Below, piece by piece: positions 30,677-40,789 of a DNA stretch of 64,000 bases. Position 1 is the stretch's first letter. Each line of letters starts with the position of its first letter. The notes beneath the pieces are model-generated. The model searched no databases. It had not been told where the DNA came from and was given only the letters and a program-made list of their open reading frames with translations. Source of the DNA: Bacilli bacterium (GTDB lineage: Bacteria > Bacillota_I > Bacilli_A > RF39 > UBA660); assembly GCA_900771805.1 (NCBI GenBank), contig CAAGPL010000045.1, positions 70,856 through 134,855 on the forward strand, given 5' to 3'. Made by a program: the position numbers and the translations under genes.

Positions 30677-31087
30677 TTATCTTACTTTTTTAAAAAAAGA
30701 TTGTAATAAATTTAGTGATTCTTTCGTATATAAATTATTTTTATAAATATATTTATTTTTATCAATTAATATTTGTTTATCTTTTTTTACTAAATAATAT
30801 ATTCTTTTTATTCTTGATAATTCTATTGCAGAAGAACACATTTTGCAAGGTTCCAAAGTTACATACATTTCACATTCATTTAATCTCCAATTTTTTAATT
30901 TTTTTGAAGCTTTTTTTATTGCTAATATTTCAGCATGCATAGTTGCGTCATGATTTTTTTCTATTTTATTATATGCTTTTGCAATTATTTTATTATTCTT
31001 TACAATTATTGCTCCTATTGGAACTTCGTTTTTTTTATAAGCTTTTTTTGATAATTTTATTATTTCTCTATAAAATCTTTCTTGCAT
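30677..31087 (-). CDS. tadA: tRNA-specific adenosine deaminase
   Basis: HAE...PCKMC deaminase zinc motifs; 136 aa. Confidence 0.9.
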   Translation of the reverse strand: MQERFYREIIKLSKKAYKKNEVPIGAIIVKNNKIIAKAYNKIEKNHDATMHAEILAIKKASKKLKNWRLNECEMYVTLEPCKMCSSAIELSRIKRIYYLVKKDKQILIDKNKYIYKNNLYTKESLNLLQSFFKKVR

Positions 31088-31101
31088 TATATCTTTATTA
31101 A

Positions 31102-31117
31102 TGTTTCACGTGAAACA
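31102..31117. promoter_or_regulatory. parS: parS site 3, immediately upstream of tadA
   Basis: Exact 16-mer read in the sequence. Confidence 0.8.
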
Positions 31118-31146
31118 TTCCCTTCTTTTTTTAATTTTTATATTTA

Positions 31147-31162
31147 TGTTTCACGTGAAACA
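31147..31162. promoter_or_regulatory. parS: parS site 4, just downstream of the SRP RNA 3' end
   Basis: Exact 16-mer read in the sequence. Confidence 0.8.
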
Positions 31163-31182
31163 TTATTTTTTTATGTAAAATA

Positions 31183-31258
31183 AAAGCACACACAAAAAGG
31201 GGTTATTAAGGCTGCTATCTTTCAATCCTGACCTAATTCTAACATTTTTGTTGTGCAA
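31183..31258 (-). ncRNA. ffs: Small (4.5S-type) signal recognition particle RNA
   Basis: Minus strand reads GCACAACAAAAATGTTAGAATTAGGTCAGGATTGAAAGATAGCAGCCTTAATAACCCCTTTTTGTGTGTGC. It contains the domain IV signature GGTCAGG...GAAA...AGCAGCC. The terminal helix is GCACAACAAAAA/TTTTTGTGTGTGC, followed by a T-run. Ends are approximate. Confidence 0.75.
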
Positions 31259-31308
31259 TTACATTTTATTATAATATTAAAAAATAATCAAGTTATTTTA
31301 AACAAATA

Positions 31309-31324
31309 TGTTTCACGTGAAACA
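31309..31324. promoter_or_regulatory. parS: parS site 5, between the gyrA stop and the SRP RNA promoter
   Basis: Exact 16-mer read in the sequence. Confidence 0.8.
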
Positions 31325-31338
31325 TATTAAAAGAGACT

Positions 31339-33810
31339 TTATTCTGTCTCTTTTATTTCATTATTATCTTTTGAATCTTCTATATTTTCATCATCTTTTT
31401 CTACCACTGATACTGTTGCAACTTTTTGTCCTTCTCTTAAATTCATTAGTTTAACTCCCTGCGTTACTCTACTCATTCTTGATACTTTATCAGCTGAGAT
31501 TCTTATAACAATGCCTTGATCAGTAATGATCATTAAATCTTTATCATCAGTTACAGTTTTAAATGCTACTATTGTTCCGTTTTTATCAGTAATATTTAGT
31601 GTTTTAACACCCTTACTTCCACGGTGAGTTAATCTATATTCATTTACATCTGTTCTTTTGCCATAACCTTTTTCAGTAACAACTAATATATCTTGATTTT
31701 CCTTGGCTATTTCAGAACCAACACAGAAATAATTATCAGATAATTCAATACCTTTGACTCCACTTGCAGTTCTACCCATAACTCTTATTTCATTTTCATT
31801 AAATCTTATCATTCTACCATTGTTCGATGCTATAACAACATCCTCATTACCATTAGTAAAATGAACAGACAATACTTCATCATTTTCTTTTAAAGTTATT
31901 GCAATTTTACCATTTTTTCTAATATTTTCAAATTCACAAACATTTGTACGTTTTATAATTCCATATTTTGTTGTGATTACTAAATATTTATTTTTTTCAT
32001 TTCCATTATCTAATAAAATATTATTTACTTTTTCATCTTTTTCTATTGGTAATAAATTAATTATTGGTAATCCTTTTGATTGTCTTGAAAATTCAGGTAT
32101 TTCATAACCTTTTATTCTATAAACTTTACCTTTATTAGTAAAGAATAACACATGATTATGAGTGGTTCCTGACTTAAGTATTTCAACAAAATCCTCATCA
32201 TTTGTAGACATACCTTTAATTCCTACTCCACCTTTGTTTTGAAGCTTGTAAGTATCTGTTGGCATTCTCTTAATGTATCCTTTGTGAGTTAATGCAACAA
32301 CTATATCTTCAACAGGAATTAATGATTCATCTTCAATATAATCAATAGCTGTCATATCAATAGAAGTTTTTCTTTCATCACCAAATTTATTTTTAACTTC
32401 AAGTAATTCTTTTCTTACAACTGCTAAAACATTTGCGTCACTTGATAATATTGTCTTTAATTCTTCAATTAACTTTAATAAATCTTGTAATTCTGCTTCA
32501 ATTTTACTTCTCTCTAGTCCTGTTAATCTACGAAGCTTTAATTCTAGGATATTATCTGCTTGAACTTGTGAAAAACCAAATCTACTTATTAATTTTTCTT
32601 TAGCTACTACATCACTTTCAGCTTCTTTAATGATTTTAATAACTTCGTCGATATTATCTAAAGCTATTTTATAACCTTCTAATATATGAACTCTATTTTC
32701 AGCTTTTTTAAGATCAAATCTAGTTCTTCTTATTATAACTTCTTTTTGATAATCAATATATTTTGAAATTATATCTCTTAATCCTAATGTTTTTGGTGTT
32801 CCGTTATCTAACATTAAGAAAATAATACCAAAATTTGATTGAAAAGCAGTATGTTTATATAAATTATTTAATACAACTTGTGGATTTGCATCTTTCTTTA
32901 GTGTAATTGTTATTTTTACACCATCTTTAAGGTCAGTATGATAATCAGATATACCATCTAAAACCTTATTGTGTACTAAATCTGCAACTTTATTTTTAAG
33001 TTCTTGAGTATTTACACCATAAGGAACTTCATCAACAATTATATAATTACGACCATTTTTTTCTTCTATTTTAGCCTTACTTCTTATAGTAATTGAGCCC
33101 CGTCCTGTTTCATATGCTTGTCTTATACCTTTATTTCCAAGAATTATACCTCCGGTTGGAAAGTCAGGTCCTTTTACATATTGCATTAATCCTAGTGTAT
33201 CTATTTCAGGATTATCAATATAAGCAACACATCCATCTATAACTTCCGATAAATTGTGTGGTGGAATATTAGTTGCCATACCAACTGCTATACCCATTGT
33301 TCCGTTTACTAATATATTAGGAAATCTTGAAGGTAAAATGGCTGGTTCTTTTTCAGATTCATCAAAGTTTGGAACAAAATCTACTGTATCTTTATTAATA
33401 TCTCTTAATAATTCTAATGATATTTTTGATAATCTAGATTCTGTATAACGCATTGCAGCTGCTCCATAACCTTCTATATTACCAAAGTTTCCGTGTCCAT
33501 CAACTAACATATAACGATATGAAAAGTCTTGAGCCATACGTACCATTGCTTCATATATTGAAGAATCACCATGTGGATGGTATTTACCCATTACATCACC
33601 GACGATTCTCGCCGATTTTTTATGTGGTTTATCAGGTGTATATCCAGATTCATACATAGAATATAATATTCTTCTATGAACAGGTTTTAAACCATCTCTT
33701 AAATCTGGTAGGGCACGTGATACTATTACACTCATTGAATATTCCAAGAATGAAGTTTTTACTTCATCTACTATATTATTATGCTCTAATCTATCTCTAC
33801 TATGATCCAT
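31339..33810 (-). CDS. gyrA: DNA gyrase subunit A
   Basis: 823 aa; [17 protein letters not shown] and active-site AAMRYTE. Confidence 0.97.
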   Translation of the reverse strand: MDHSRDRLEHNNIVDEVKTSFLEYSMSVIVSRALPDLRDGLKPVHRRILYSMYESGYTPDKPHKKSARIVGDVMGKYHPHGDSSIYEAMVRMAQDFSYRYMLVDGHGNFGNIEGYGAAAMRYTESRLSKISLELLRDINKDTVDFVPNFDESEKEPAILPSRFPNILVNGTMGIAVGMATNIPPHNLSEVIDGCVAYIDNPEIDTLGLMQYVKGPDFPTGGIILGNKGIRQAYETGRGSITIRSKAKIEEKNGRNYIIVDEVPYGVNTQELKNKVADLVHNKVLDGISDYHTDLKDGVKITITLKKDANPQVVLNNLYKHTAFQSNFGIIFLMLDNGTPKTLGLRDIISKYIDYQKEVIIRRTRFDLKKAENRVHILEGYKIALDNIDEVIKIIKEAESDVVAKEKLISRFGFSQVQADNILELKLRRLTGLERSKIEAELQDLLKLIEELKTILSSDANVLAVVRKELLEVKNKFGDERKTSIDMTAIDYIEDESLIPVEDIVVALTHKGYIKRMPTDTYKLQNKGGVGIKGMSTNDEDFVEILKSGTTHNHVLFFTNKGKVYRIKGYEIPEFSRQSKGLPIINLLPIEKDEKVNNILLDNGNEKNKYLVITTKYGIIKRTNVCEFENIRKNGKIAITLKENDEVLSVHFTNGNEDVVIASNNGRMIRFNENEIRVMGRTASGVKGIELSDNYFCVGSEIAKENQDILVVTEKGYGKRTDVNEYRLTHRGSKGVKTLNITDKNGTIVAFKTVTDDKDLMIITDQGIVIRISADKVSRMSRVTQGVKLMNLREGQKVATVSVVEKDDENIEDSKDNNEIKETE

Positions 33811-33823
33811 TTTAATTCACCCC

Positions 33824-35749
33824 CTAAACATCCAAATTCTCTACATATACAGCATTTTCTTCAATAAATTTACGTCTAGGTTCTACTTCTTCACCCATTA
33901 ATTTATTAAATACTTCATCTGCTGCCATAGCATCTTCAACAGTTATTTTTCTTAATACACGTGTATTTATATCCATAGTTGTTTCATTTAGTTCTTCAGC
34001 ATCCATTTCACCTAAACCTTTCATACGCATCATATCATATTTCGTATTTGGATTTAAGGTTGCTAAATATGCATCTCTTTCTTCTTCATTTAGTACATAT
34101 TTAATTGTTTTACCATGCTTTATACAGAAAAGTGGTGGTTGTGCTGCATATACGTGTCCTGCTTCAACAATTGGTTTAAAAAATCTATAAAATAATGTTA
34201 ATAATAATACTCTAATATGAGAACCATCAACATCAGCATCGGTCATTATTATTATTTTATCATATCTTAATTTACTAAGATTAAAATCTTCTCCAATACC
34301 TGTACCAAAAGCAGTAATAATAGTTCTTATTTCTTCATTAGATAAAGCTCTATCTAATCTTGCTTTTTCAACATTTAATATTTTACCTCTTAAAGGAAGG
34401 ATTGCTTGTGTCATACTATTTCTACCTTTTATAGCACTTCCCCCTGCTGAATCACCTTCGACTAAGAAGATTTCACATACAGATGGATCTTTATCTTTAC
34501 AATCAACTAGTTTTCCGCCAAAGTTTATAACATCTAAATCACCTTTACGACGAGTAAGTTCTCTTGCTTTTTTAGCGGCAACCCTAGCTCGTGCAGCAGT
34601 CATTGCTTTTTCCATAATTAATTTAGCTTCATCTGGATTTTCAAGTAAAAATCTTTCAAATCCTTTACTAAATACATCATCTGCTATTTTTCTTACCTCA
34701 CTATTACCTAATTTTGTCTTTGTTTGACCTTCAAATTGTGGATCTGGATGTTTACACGAAATAATCATTGTAATTCCTTCTCTTACATCATCTCCGGTAA
34801 GTAGTGCATCATTTTCCTTTAAAAATTTATTTTTCTTTCCATAATTATTAATTATTCTTGTTAAAGCTCTTTTTACACCATCTTCATGAGTTCCTCCCTC
34901 GTGAGTATTAATATTATTTGTAAATGAATAAACATTTGATGTGTAACCTGTATTATATTGTAAGGCAACTTCAACAGCAATATTATCTTCTTCACCTGAT
35001 AAATGAACTATTTGCTCATGTATTGGAGTTTTTCCTTTATTTAAAAATTTAACGTACTCACTTATACCACCTTCATAAACAAATGTTTCTTTTTTAGGTT
35101 CTATTTCTCTATCATCAACTAATATAATTCTTAATCCTTTATTTAGAAAAGCAAGCTCTCTTACTCTTTGTTTTAAAATTTCATAATCGTAAACAGTAGT
35201 TTCTTTAAATATTTCAGGATCTGCTTTAAAAGTTACGGTAGTACCAGTTCTATCAGGAGAACATTTATCAATTACCTTAAGTGGTTCAACTGTATGACCA
35301 CCATTTTCAAACCTTATATAGTATACCTGACTATTTTGGTATACTTTTACTTCTACCCAGCTTGATAAAGCATTAACAACCGATGCACCAACACCGTGAA
35401 GTCCTCCAGATACTTTATATCCTCCTCCACCAAACTTACCACCAGCATGAAGTACTGTATAAACTGTTTCTACAGTTGAAATACCAGTTTTTTTATGAAT
35501 ACCTGTTGGTATACCACGTCCATCATCTTTTACTGTTATTGAATTATCTTTATTTATAATTATTTCTATATCATCACAATATCCTGCAAGTGATTCATCA
35601 ATTGCATTATCAACTATTTCCCATACTAAATGGTGAAGTCCAACTGATGAGGTTGAACCTATATACATACCTGGTCTTTTTCTTACTGCTTCAAGTCCTT
35701 CTAAAACTTGTATATCCGAGGCATCATAATGTTCTTTATTTTCTTCCAT
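33824..35749 (-). CDS. gyrB: DNA gyrase subunit B
   Basis: 641 aa; GHKL ATPase, Toprim EGDSAGG, and [12 protein letters not shown]. Confidence 0.97.
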   Translation of the reverse strand: MEENKEHYDASDIQVLEGLEAVRKRPGMYIGSTSSVGLHHLVWEIVDNAIDESLAGYCDDIEIIINKDNSITVKDDGRGIPTGIHKKTGISTVETVYTVLHAGGKFGGGGYKVSGGLHGVGASVVNALSSWVEVKVYQNSQVYYIRFENGGHTVEPLKVIDKCSPDRTGTTVTFKADPEIFKETTVYDYEILKQRVRELAFLNKGLRIILVDDREIEPKKETFVYEGGISEYVKFLNKGKTPIHEQIVHLSGEEDNIAVEVALQYNTGYTSNVYSFTNNINTHEGGTHEDGVKRALTRIINNYGKKNKFLKENDALLTGDDVREGITMIISCKHPDPQFEGQTKTKLGNSEVRKIADDVFSKGFERFLLENPDEAKLIMEKAMTAARARVAAKKARELTRRKGDLDVINFGGKLVDCKDKDPSVCEIFLVEGDSAGGSAIKGRNSMTQAILPLRGKILNVEKARLDRALSNEEIRTIITAFGTGIGEDFNLSKLRYDKIIIMTDADVDGSHIRVLLLTLFYRFFKPIVEAGHVYAAQPPLFCIKHGKTIKYVLNEEERDAYLATLNPNTKYDMMRMKGLGEMDAEELNETTMDINTRVLRKITVEDAMAADEVFNKLMGEEVEPRRKFIEENAVYVENLDV

Positions 35750-35752
35750 AAT

Positions 35753-36865
35753 TTATTTCTCCTTATTAAAATTACCATTATCCACAACATAAATATCAGA
35801 TTTAGCTTTTAATTCATCATTTATGTCTTTTATATCAGTAGTAGTAATAAATATTTGTATATCTTCTTTAAAATAATCTATAATGTTATTTTTCTTTATT
35901 TCATCTAGTTCACTAAATATATCATCTAGTAAAATAATAGGTTTTGTATGTTTTTCTTTAACAAAAACTTCTATTTCTGCTAATTTTAAACTTAAAATAG
36001 ATAATCTTTGTTGTCCTTGGGAAGAAAACTCTGTTACATCAAGATCATTTAAATACATCTTAAAATCATCCTTGTGACAGCCTAAAAGAGTTGTTTTTTG
36101 AAGTAATTCATTCATAAATATAGAATTATATTTATTTATAATAAAGTCCTTTAAATCGGCTTTATTTAAGTCTTGTTCATTTATAAAACTTTTATATTTA
36201 ATTTCTAAATTACCAAATCCTGCTATTTTATCAAAAACATCTTTTAAATATTCATTTATTTTATTTATAAAATCATACCTAATTTTTACTAATTCTATGT
36301 TTTTAACAGCAAGTTTTTCAGTTAAAATGCTAAAGTAAGTTTTATCAAATTTAGCATTATTTTTTTGTTTTAAATATTCGTTTCTTTGTTTTAAAATTTG
36401 ATTATATTCTTTAAGTAAAAAAACATAATCTTTTCTAAATTGTGAAAGTTCTATATTTAAAAATTTTCTTCTAGTAGCAGGAGTTCCCTTTATTATTTCT
36501 AAATCATCAGGACAAAACATAATAACATTTAATCTAGATAAATAATTACTTATCTTTTTTTGCATAATATTATCAACAGATACTTTTTTTCCATCTTTAT
36601 TTAATAAAATGGATAACATATGAATATCATTATTATCATTTGAAAAAGTACATGAAATTTTAGTACATAATTCATTATTTTTTATTAAATTAAGTTCGTT
36701 ATGAGTTCTATGTGATCTTGTTATTGCAAGAAAATAGATACTTTCTAATATATTGGTTTTTCCTTGGGCATTATTTCCAATAAAAATGTTTATATTTTTA
36801 TTAAAATCAAAATCAACTTTAGAAATATTTCTAAAATTATTTAAATTAAGTTTCCTTAAAAACAT
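35753..36865 (-). CDS. recF: DNA replication/repair protein RecF
   Basis: 370 aa; Walker A GNNAQGKTN and signature SQGQQR. Confidence 0.93.
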   Translation of the reverse strand: MFLRKLNLNNFRNISKVDFDFNKNINIFIGNNAQGKTNILESIYFLAITRSHRTHNELNLIKNNELCTKISCTFSNDNNDIHMLSILLNKDGKKVSVDNIMQKKISNYLSRLNVIMFCPDDLEIIKGTPATRRKFLNIELSQFRKDYVFLLKEYNQILKQRNEYLKQKNNAKFDKTYFSILTEKLAVKNIELVKIRYDFINKINEYLKDVFDKIAGFGNLEIKYKSFINEQDLNKADLKDFIINKYNSIFMNELLQKTTLLGCHKDDFKMYLNDLDVTEFSSQGQQRLSILSLKLAEIEVFVKEKHTKPIILLDDIFSELDEIKKNNIIDYFKEDIQIFITTTDIKDINDELKAKSDIYVVDNGNFNKEK

Positions 36866-36963
36866 AATTAAGTATTTTAAAGCCCATTTAAACCACCTAC
36901 ACCTATTTTCAGTATACTACTACATACATACTAATTATATCACAAAATAAGGCTTATTTTTAA

Positions 36964-37428
36964 TTATTTGTTATTTTTTTCAAAATTAATTAACCTTTTT
37001 GAAAATAAAGACTCTAATCTTGAAGATCTTAGTATTTGATTATCAATTATTCCATATGAAATTTCAAGTTTTATCTTTTTTCCACAATTAAATTTTATAA
37101 TTGTATCCCCATATAATTTATAATAATCACTGATATTATTTAAAGATATCCAACTACAACGTTCTAATCTAGGTGATGTTGTTGGAAAAAAAATCATTTT
37201 ACTACTTTCTTCTATTATTATTGGCGATTTGTGTGATATTCCAAGTATACTTTTTGTACCACTAAATCTACCATCATAACTACTTCCAAAATATTTACAA
37301 CTATTATCAATTATTTTTAATGGTGATAAATTAATATAAATTTCTTTATCCTCTTCTATTATTTTAGATTTATCTTTTCCACAAGATAAAATTGCTAAAG
37401 TACTTCTATTAATTTCATAATTTTTCAT
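36964..37428 (-). CDS. comK: ComK-family competence transcription factor
   Basis: YEINRSTLAIL, PLKIIDNSCKYFGSSYDGR, ISHKSPIII, IFFPTTSP and CSWIS align block by block with B. subtilis ComK. The start is taken at the internal ATG 37428, which has an AGGGGGA SD. Confidence 0.8.
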   Translation of the reverse strand: MKNYEINRSTLAILSCGKDKSKIIEEDKEIYINLSPLKIIDNSCKYFGSSYDGRFSGTKSILGISHKSPIIIEESSKMIFFPTTSPRLERCSWISLNNISDYYKLYGDTIIKFNCGKKIKLEISYGIIDNQILRSSRLESLFSKRLINFEKNNK

Positions 37429-37461
37429 AAAATTCCCCCTAAAATTAAAATATTGCAATTA

Positions 37462-37470
37462 TTATCCACA
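37462..37470 (+). promoter_or_regulatory. Consensus DnaA box (TTATCCACA) in the comK upstream region
   Basis: Exact 9-mer, 34 nt upstream of the comK ATG; overlaps a GATAAT -10-like hexamer on the minus strand. Confidence 0.6.
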
Positions 37471-37503
37471 GTATTTTTAAAAAAAATGTCAAATTATAGG
37501 AAT

Positions 37504-37531
37504 TAATAAAAAAAACTAGTTAATAACTAGT
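37504..37531 (-). terminator. dnaN terminator
   Basis: Minus strand reads AAACTAG-TTATTAA-CTAGTTT followed by TTTTT, directly after the dnaN stop. Confidence 0.65.
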
Positions 37532-38653
37532 TTAATATGTTTTTATAGGTAAAATAAGTTGTAACAAACTATTATCATTTTCATCTAATACTATTATTGG
37601 ATTAATATCATTGTTAAAATTTAAAATTACATTTTTACTTTCTATTGTTTTTATAGCATCCATCATAAATTTTGATGAAAAAGCAATTTTTATGTTCTCT
37701 TCATTATTTTTTTCTATTTCTATTTTTTCTTCAACCTTTCCAATTTCAGGTGAATTTGAAGAAACTATTACATTATTATTATCACATTCAAATTTTATAA
37801 TATTTTTATCTTTTTCACTTGTTAATAAAGATGCTCTATCTATAACATTATATAATTCTGATGTATTTGCTTTAATAGAAAGATTAAAATTACTTGGTAT
37901 TAATCTATTAACATCTGGAAAAGTTCCTGAAAGTACCCTTGTTTGAAATAAAGTATTATCAAATTTAAATAAAACCTTATTATTAAAAATATGCATTTCT
38001 ATATCATTATCTTTTTCTTCTATTATTTTAGTTAATTCTATTAAATTTTTTCCAGGAATAACTATATTTATTTCCTCTTTTATATTATCATTTAAAATAA
38101 TGTGTTTTTTTGCTAATCTATAAGAATCGGTTGCAATACATTCTAATTTATTATCAACAATTTTAAAATTGATACCTGTTAATACTGGTCTTGTTTCTTG
38201 AGTAGATATGGCAAAAGATGTTTTATTTATTAATTCTTTAAAATCATCTTTTTTAATTATTATTGGATTTTTCTTTTCTTCTAAATTTAAATTAGGAAAT
38301 TCTAAAGCATCCATAGAATTTAAATTAAATTCTGAATTACAACATGATATTAATACTTTTATACCATCAAGTAATTCAATATTAACTATTCTTCCTTCTA
38401 ATTTTCTTATTATTTCTAATATATATTTACCTTGTATTACAGTAGAACCTATATTTTCAATATTTTCTAACTTTTCTTTTGGAATAAAAGATTCAATACT
38501 AATATCATTATCACTTGCACTTAAAAATAAACCTTCATTTGTTAAATTAAATTTTATTCCAGATAATATTGGTATTAAATTTTTACTAGATAAAGCCTTA
38601 CTAACAGAATTTAAACTTTGAAGTAATACTTCTTTTTTTATACTAAATTTCAT
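37532..38653 (-). CDS. dnaN: DNA polymerase III beta sliding clamp
   Basis: MKFSIKKEVLL start with an AAGGAG SD. The track ORF's 20-codon N-terminal extension would run through DnaA boxes. Confidence 0.93.
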   Translation of the reverse strand: MKFSIKKEVLLQSLNSVSKALSSKNLIPILSGIKFNLTNEGLFLSASDNDISIESFIPKEKLENIENIGSTVIQGKYILEIIRKLEGRIVNIELLDGIKVLISCCNSEFNLNSMDALEFPNLNLEEKKNPIIIKKDDFKELINKTSFAISTQETRPVLTGINFKIVDNKLECIATDSYRLAKKHIILNDNIKEEINIVIPGKNLIELTKIIEEKDNDIEMHIFNNKVLFKFDNTLFQTRVLSGTFPDVNRLIPSNFNLSIKANTSELYNVIDRASLLTSEKDKNIIKFECDNNNVIVSSNSPEIGKVEEKIEIEKNNEENIKIAFSSKFMMDAIKTIESKNVILNFNNDINPIIVLDENDNSLLQLILPIKTY

Positions 38654-38679
38654 TTTTATTTCTCCTTTTATATATAGTT

Positions 38680-38791
38680 TTATTATTATTACTGTGGATA
38701 ATGTGGAAAACATTGTTTTTTATTATAATATAAAGTATTTTTATTAATTTTTTTCCACATAATAATTTGTAAAACTTATAATTATTCCACA
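38680..38791. promoter_or_regulatory. oriC: oriC part 2 (dnaA-dnaN intergenic): four DnaA boxes plus a (TAA)4 trio-like repeat
   Basis: TGTGGATAA at 38693-701 is tandem with TGTGGAAAA at 38702-710. Further boxes are TTTTCCACA at 38751-759 and TATTCCACA at 38783-791. On the minus strand the tandem boxes are followed by G-TAA-TAA-TAA-TAA (38680-38691). Confidence 0.75.
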
Positions 38792-38797
38792 GGCTAA

Positions 38798-40147
38798 TTA
38801 TAATTTGCTTTTTAAACCATTAATAATTTCTTTAAATTGAGGATTTGTTTTTATTTCATTTTCAATTTTATCAACAGAATGCATTATTGTAGAATGATCT
38901 CTTCCTCCAAATTGAATACCAATTTTAGGAAAAGATTCATCTGTTGTTGTTCTACATAAATATATAGCAACTTGTCTTGGAAAAGCAATAGATGCTTTTC
39001 TTTTTTTAGATTTTAAATCTTCAACTGTTATATTGTAATATTCAGCAACAACTTGTTGTATTTTTTGGATGTTATTTTTTATAAAAGAAGATTTAGAAAG
39101 ATAATCTTTTAAAGCATCTATTGCTAAATTAAGATTAATATCTCTTATATTAAACATAGTAGCATAAGCTATTACCCTTGTTAAAGCTCCTTCTAATTGT
39201 CTTACGTCTGAATCACAATTATTAGCAATGTATGCTATAACATCATCATTAATTGTTCCATCCATATTTTGACCAATAATTTTTTTTCTTAATATTTCTA
39301 CCCTCATCTCGTAATCAGGTGGATAAATATTTACACTAAGTCCCCAATTAAATCTAGTTCTTAATCTATCTTCTAATTTTTTTAAATCATCAGGTGATCT
39401 ATCAGAAGATATAATTATTTGTTTATTATCATCATATAAATTATTAAAGGTATTAAAAAATTCTTGTTGTGTTTGAGTAGCACCACCTAAAAATTGAATA
39501 TCGTCAATTATTAGAACGTCAACTCCCCTATATTTATTCTTAAAACTATCAATATAACTAAAATTAGTACCGGATTCATCTTTTTTATTAATATTTAAAA
39601 AATCTGATATAAACTGTTCACTTGTTACATATAGAACTTTTTTATTTGAATTTTCAATAATAAAATTTCCGATTGCATGCATAAGATGGGTTTTACCAAG
39701 TCCACTATTTCCATATAAAAATAGTGGATTATAAGTCTTTCCTGGGTTTTCCGCAACAGATACAGCAGCCATATAAGCAAATTTATTGCTCTCACCTACT
39801 ATAAATGAATCAAAAGTATATTTAAAATTTAAATTAGATTTTAAAGGTGTATTAAGTGGAACACCAATATTATCAATAGGAATATTAATGTTTTTATTTA
39901 CTTCATCTTCAAAAACAAATTCAAAATCAAAACTAGTATTTGTTATTTCACTAAATACATCAGATATTGTTTGATACCATGTTTCTTGTAAGCTTTTCTT
40001 TTGAAGTGGCGAATCAACAAGAATTTTAGCTATATTATTATCAAGTGATACTAATTTAGTATTTTTAAACCAAGTATCATATGATAAAGAAGATATTCTT
40101 GGTTTAATTTTTTCTAGGAAATTATCCCACAGATTATCTATGTTCAT
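38798..40147 (-). CDS. dnaA: Chromosomal replication initiator DnaA
   Basis: 449 aa; GNSGLGKTHL Walker A and C-terminal DNA-binding motif GGRDHSTIMH. Confidence 0.97.
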   Translation of the reverse strand: MNIDNLWDNFLEKIKPRISSLSYDTWFKNTKLVSLDNNIAKILVDSPLQKKSLQETWYQTISDVFSEITNTSFDFEFVFEDEVNKNINIPIDNIGVPLNTPLKSNLNFKYTFDSFIVGESNKFAYMAAVSVAENPGKTYNPLFLYGNSGLGKTHLMHAIGNFIIENSNKKVLYVTSEQFISDFLNINKKDESGTNFSYIDSFKNKYRGVDVLIIDDIQFLGGATQTQQEFFNTFNNLYDDNKQIIISSDRSPDDLKKLEDRLRTRFNWGLSVNIYPPDYEMRVEILRKKIIGQNMDGTINDDVIAYIANNCDSDVRQLEGALTRVIAYATMFNIRDINLNLAIDALKDYLSKSSFIKNNIQKIQQVVAEYYNITVEDLKSKKRKASIAFPRQVAIYLCRTTTDESFPKIGIQFGGRDHSTIMHSVDKIENEIKTNPQFKEIINGLKSKL

Positions 40148-40204
40148 AATAACCTCCTTTCCCCCTATAAAACGAGTTATTTACATATATTTTATCAAAA
40201 ATGC

Positions 40205-40474
40205 TGTGGAAAAACAATGTTTAATAATAAATATTATTTATCCACAATAGTTTTCCACAATATAAAACGTTATTTTACAACAAAATTCGACATAATTCAC
40301 ATATCCACAAATTTAATCATTATAAAAAAAGTAATAAACAAAAATAGTTTTCCACAGCTTGTTAATAAATCCTTATATTATTTAGATAATTGATAAAAAA
40401 AGTATTTTAACTGTGGAAAACATTGTGATTAAACAATTAAACATATTTTTTTTTAAATATAAAGTAGTGGAAAA
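40205..40474. promoter_or_regulatory. oriC: oriC part 1 (upstream of dnaA): DnaA-box cluster followed by a very AT-rich stretch
   Basis: Boxes are at 40205-213, 40238-246 (perfect TTATCCACA), 40251-259, 40301-309, 40348-356, 40412-420 and 40466-474 (imperfect). A nearly pure A/T run spans 40440-40540. Confidence 0.8.
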
Positions 40475-40544
40475 AAATTATAATAATTATTTAAAATAAG
40501 ATTTAATAATTAAAAAAATATAAGTGCAGTGTATATTAAAAAGG

Positions 40545-40573
40545 TTGACAATTATTTAAATAACACTTATAAT
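40545..40573 (+). promoter_or_regulatory. rpmH promoter, consensus sigma-A
   Basis: TTGACA (40545-50), a 17-nt spacer, then TATAAT (40568-73). Confidence 0.75.
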
Positions 40574-40605
40574 AGTCGTGTTTAAAAAGAGCTGGAGGTG
40601 TAAAT

Positions 40606-40734
40606 ATGAAAAGAACATTTCAACCAAACAATCATAAAAAGAAAAAAGTTCATGGTTTTTTTGCAAGAAAATTAGCTGATACTGGTATTTTAAATAAAAG
40701 AAGAGCAAAAGGACGTAAAAAATTATCAGCATAA
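40606..40734 (+). CDS. rpmH: 50S ribosomal protein L34 (not in ORF track)
   Basis: My translation: [42 protein letters not shown]; GGAGGTG SD upstream. Confidence 0.93.
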   Translation: MKRTFQPNNHKKKKVHGFFARKLADTGILNKRRAKGRKKLSA

Positions 40735-40736
40735 TT

Positions 40737-40764
40737 CCACTTATTTATGTATAAGTGGTTTTTT
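40737..40764 (+). terminator. Hairpin/attenuator between rpmH and rnpA
   Basis: CCACTTAT-loop-ATAAGTGG followed by TTTTTT. Confidence 0.65.
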
Positions 40765-40789
40765 ATTATTAATTATTAGAGGTTAACTT

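Noticed and set aside
30656-31328. The CACGTG-centred palindromes as REP/MITE-like repeats or purely as terminators.
   Set aside because: The 16-bp core is identical to the symmetric parS consensus, and one copy is inside a CDS. Some copies may still double as hairpin terminators (for example after tadA, where a T-rich run follows), so that role is not excluded.
33954-33967. AATACACGTGTATT palindrome inside gyrB as a sixth parS.
   Set aside because: Only the central CACGTG matches; the flanking arms differ from TGTTTC/GAAACA.
37532-38713. N-terminal extensions in the ORF track for dnaN (to 38713), tatD (to 20684), comK (to 37458), mnmG (from 44820), csp (from 55025) and hpf (from 55346).
   Set aside because: Internal starts have proper SD sequences and match the conserved N-termini. 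The dnaN extension would read through DnaA boxes.
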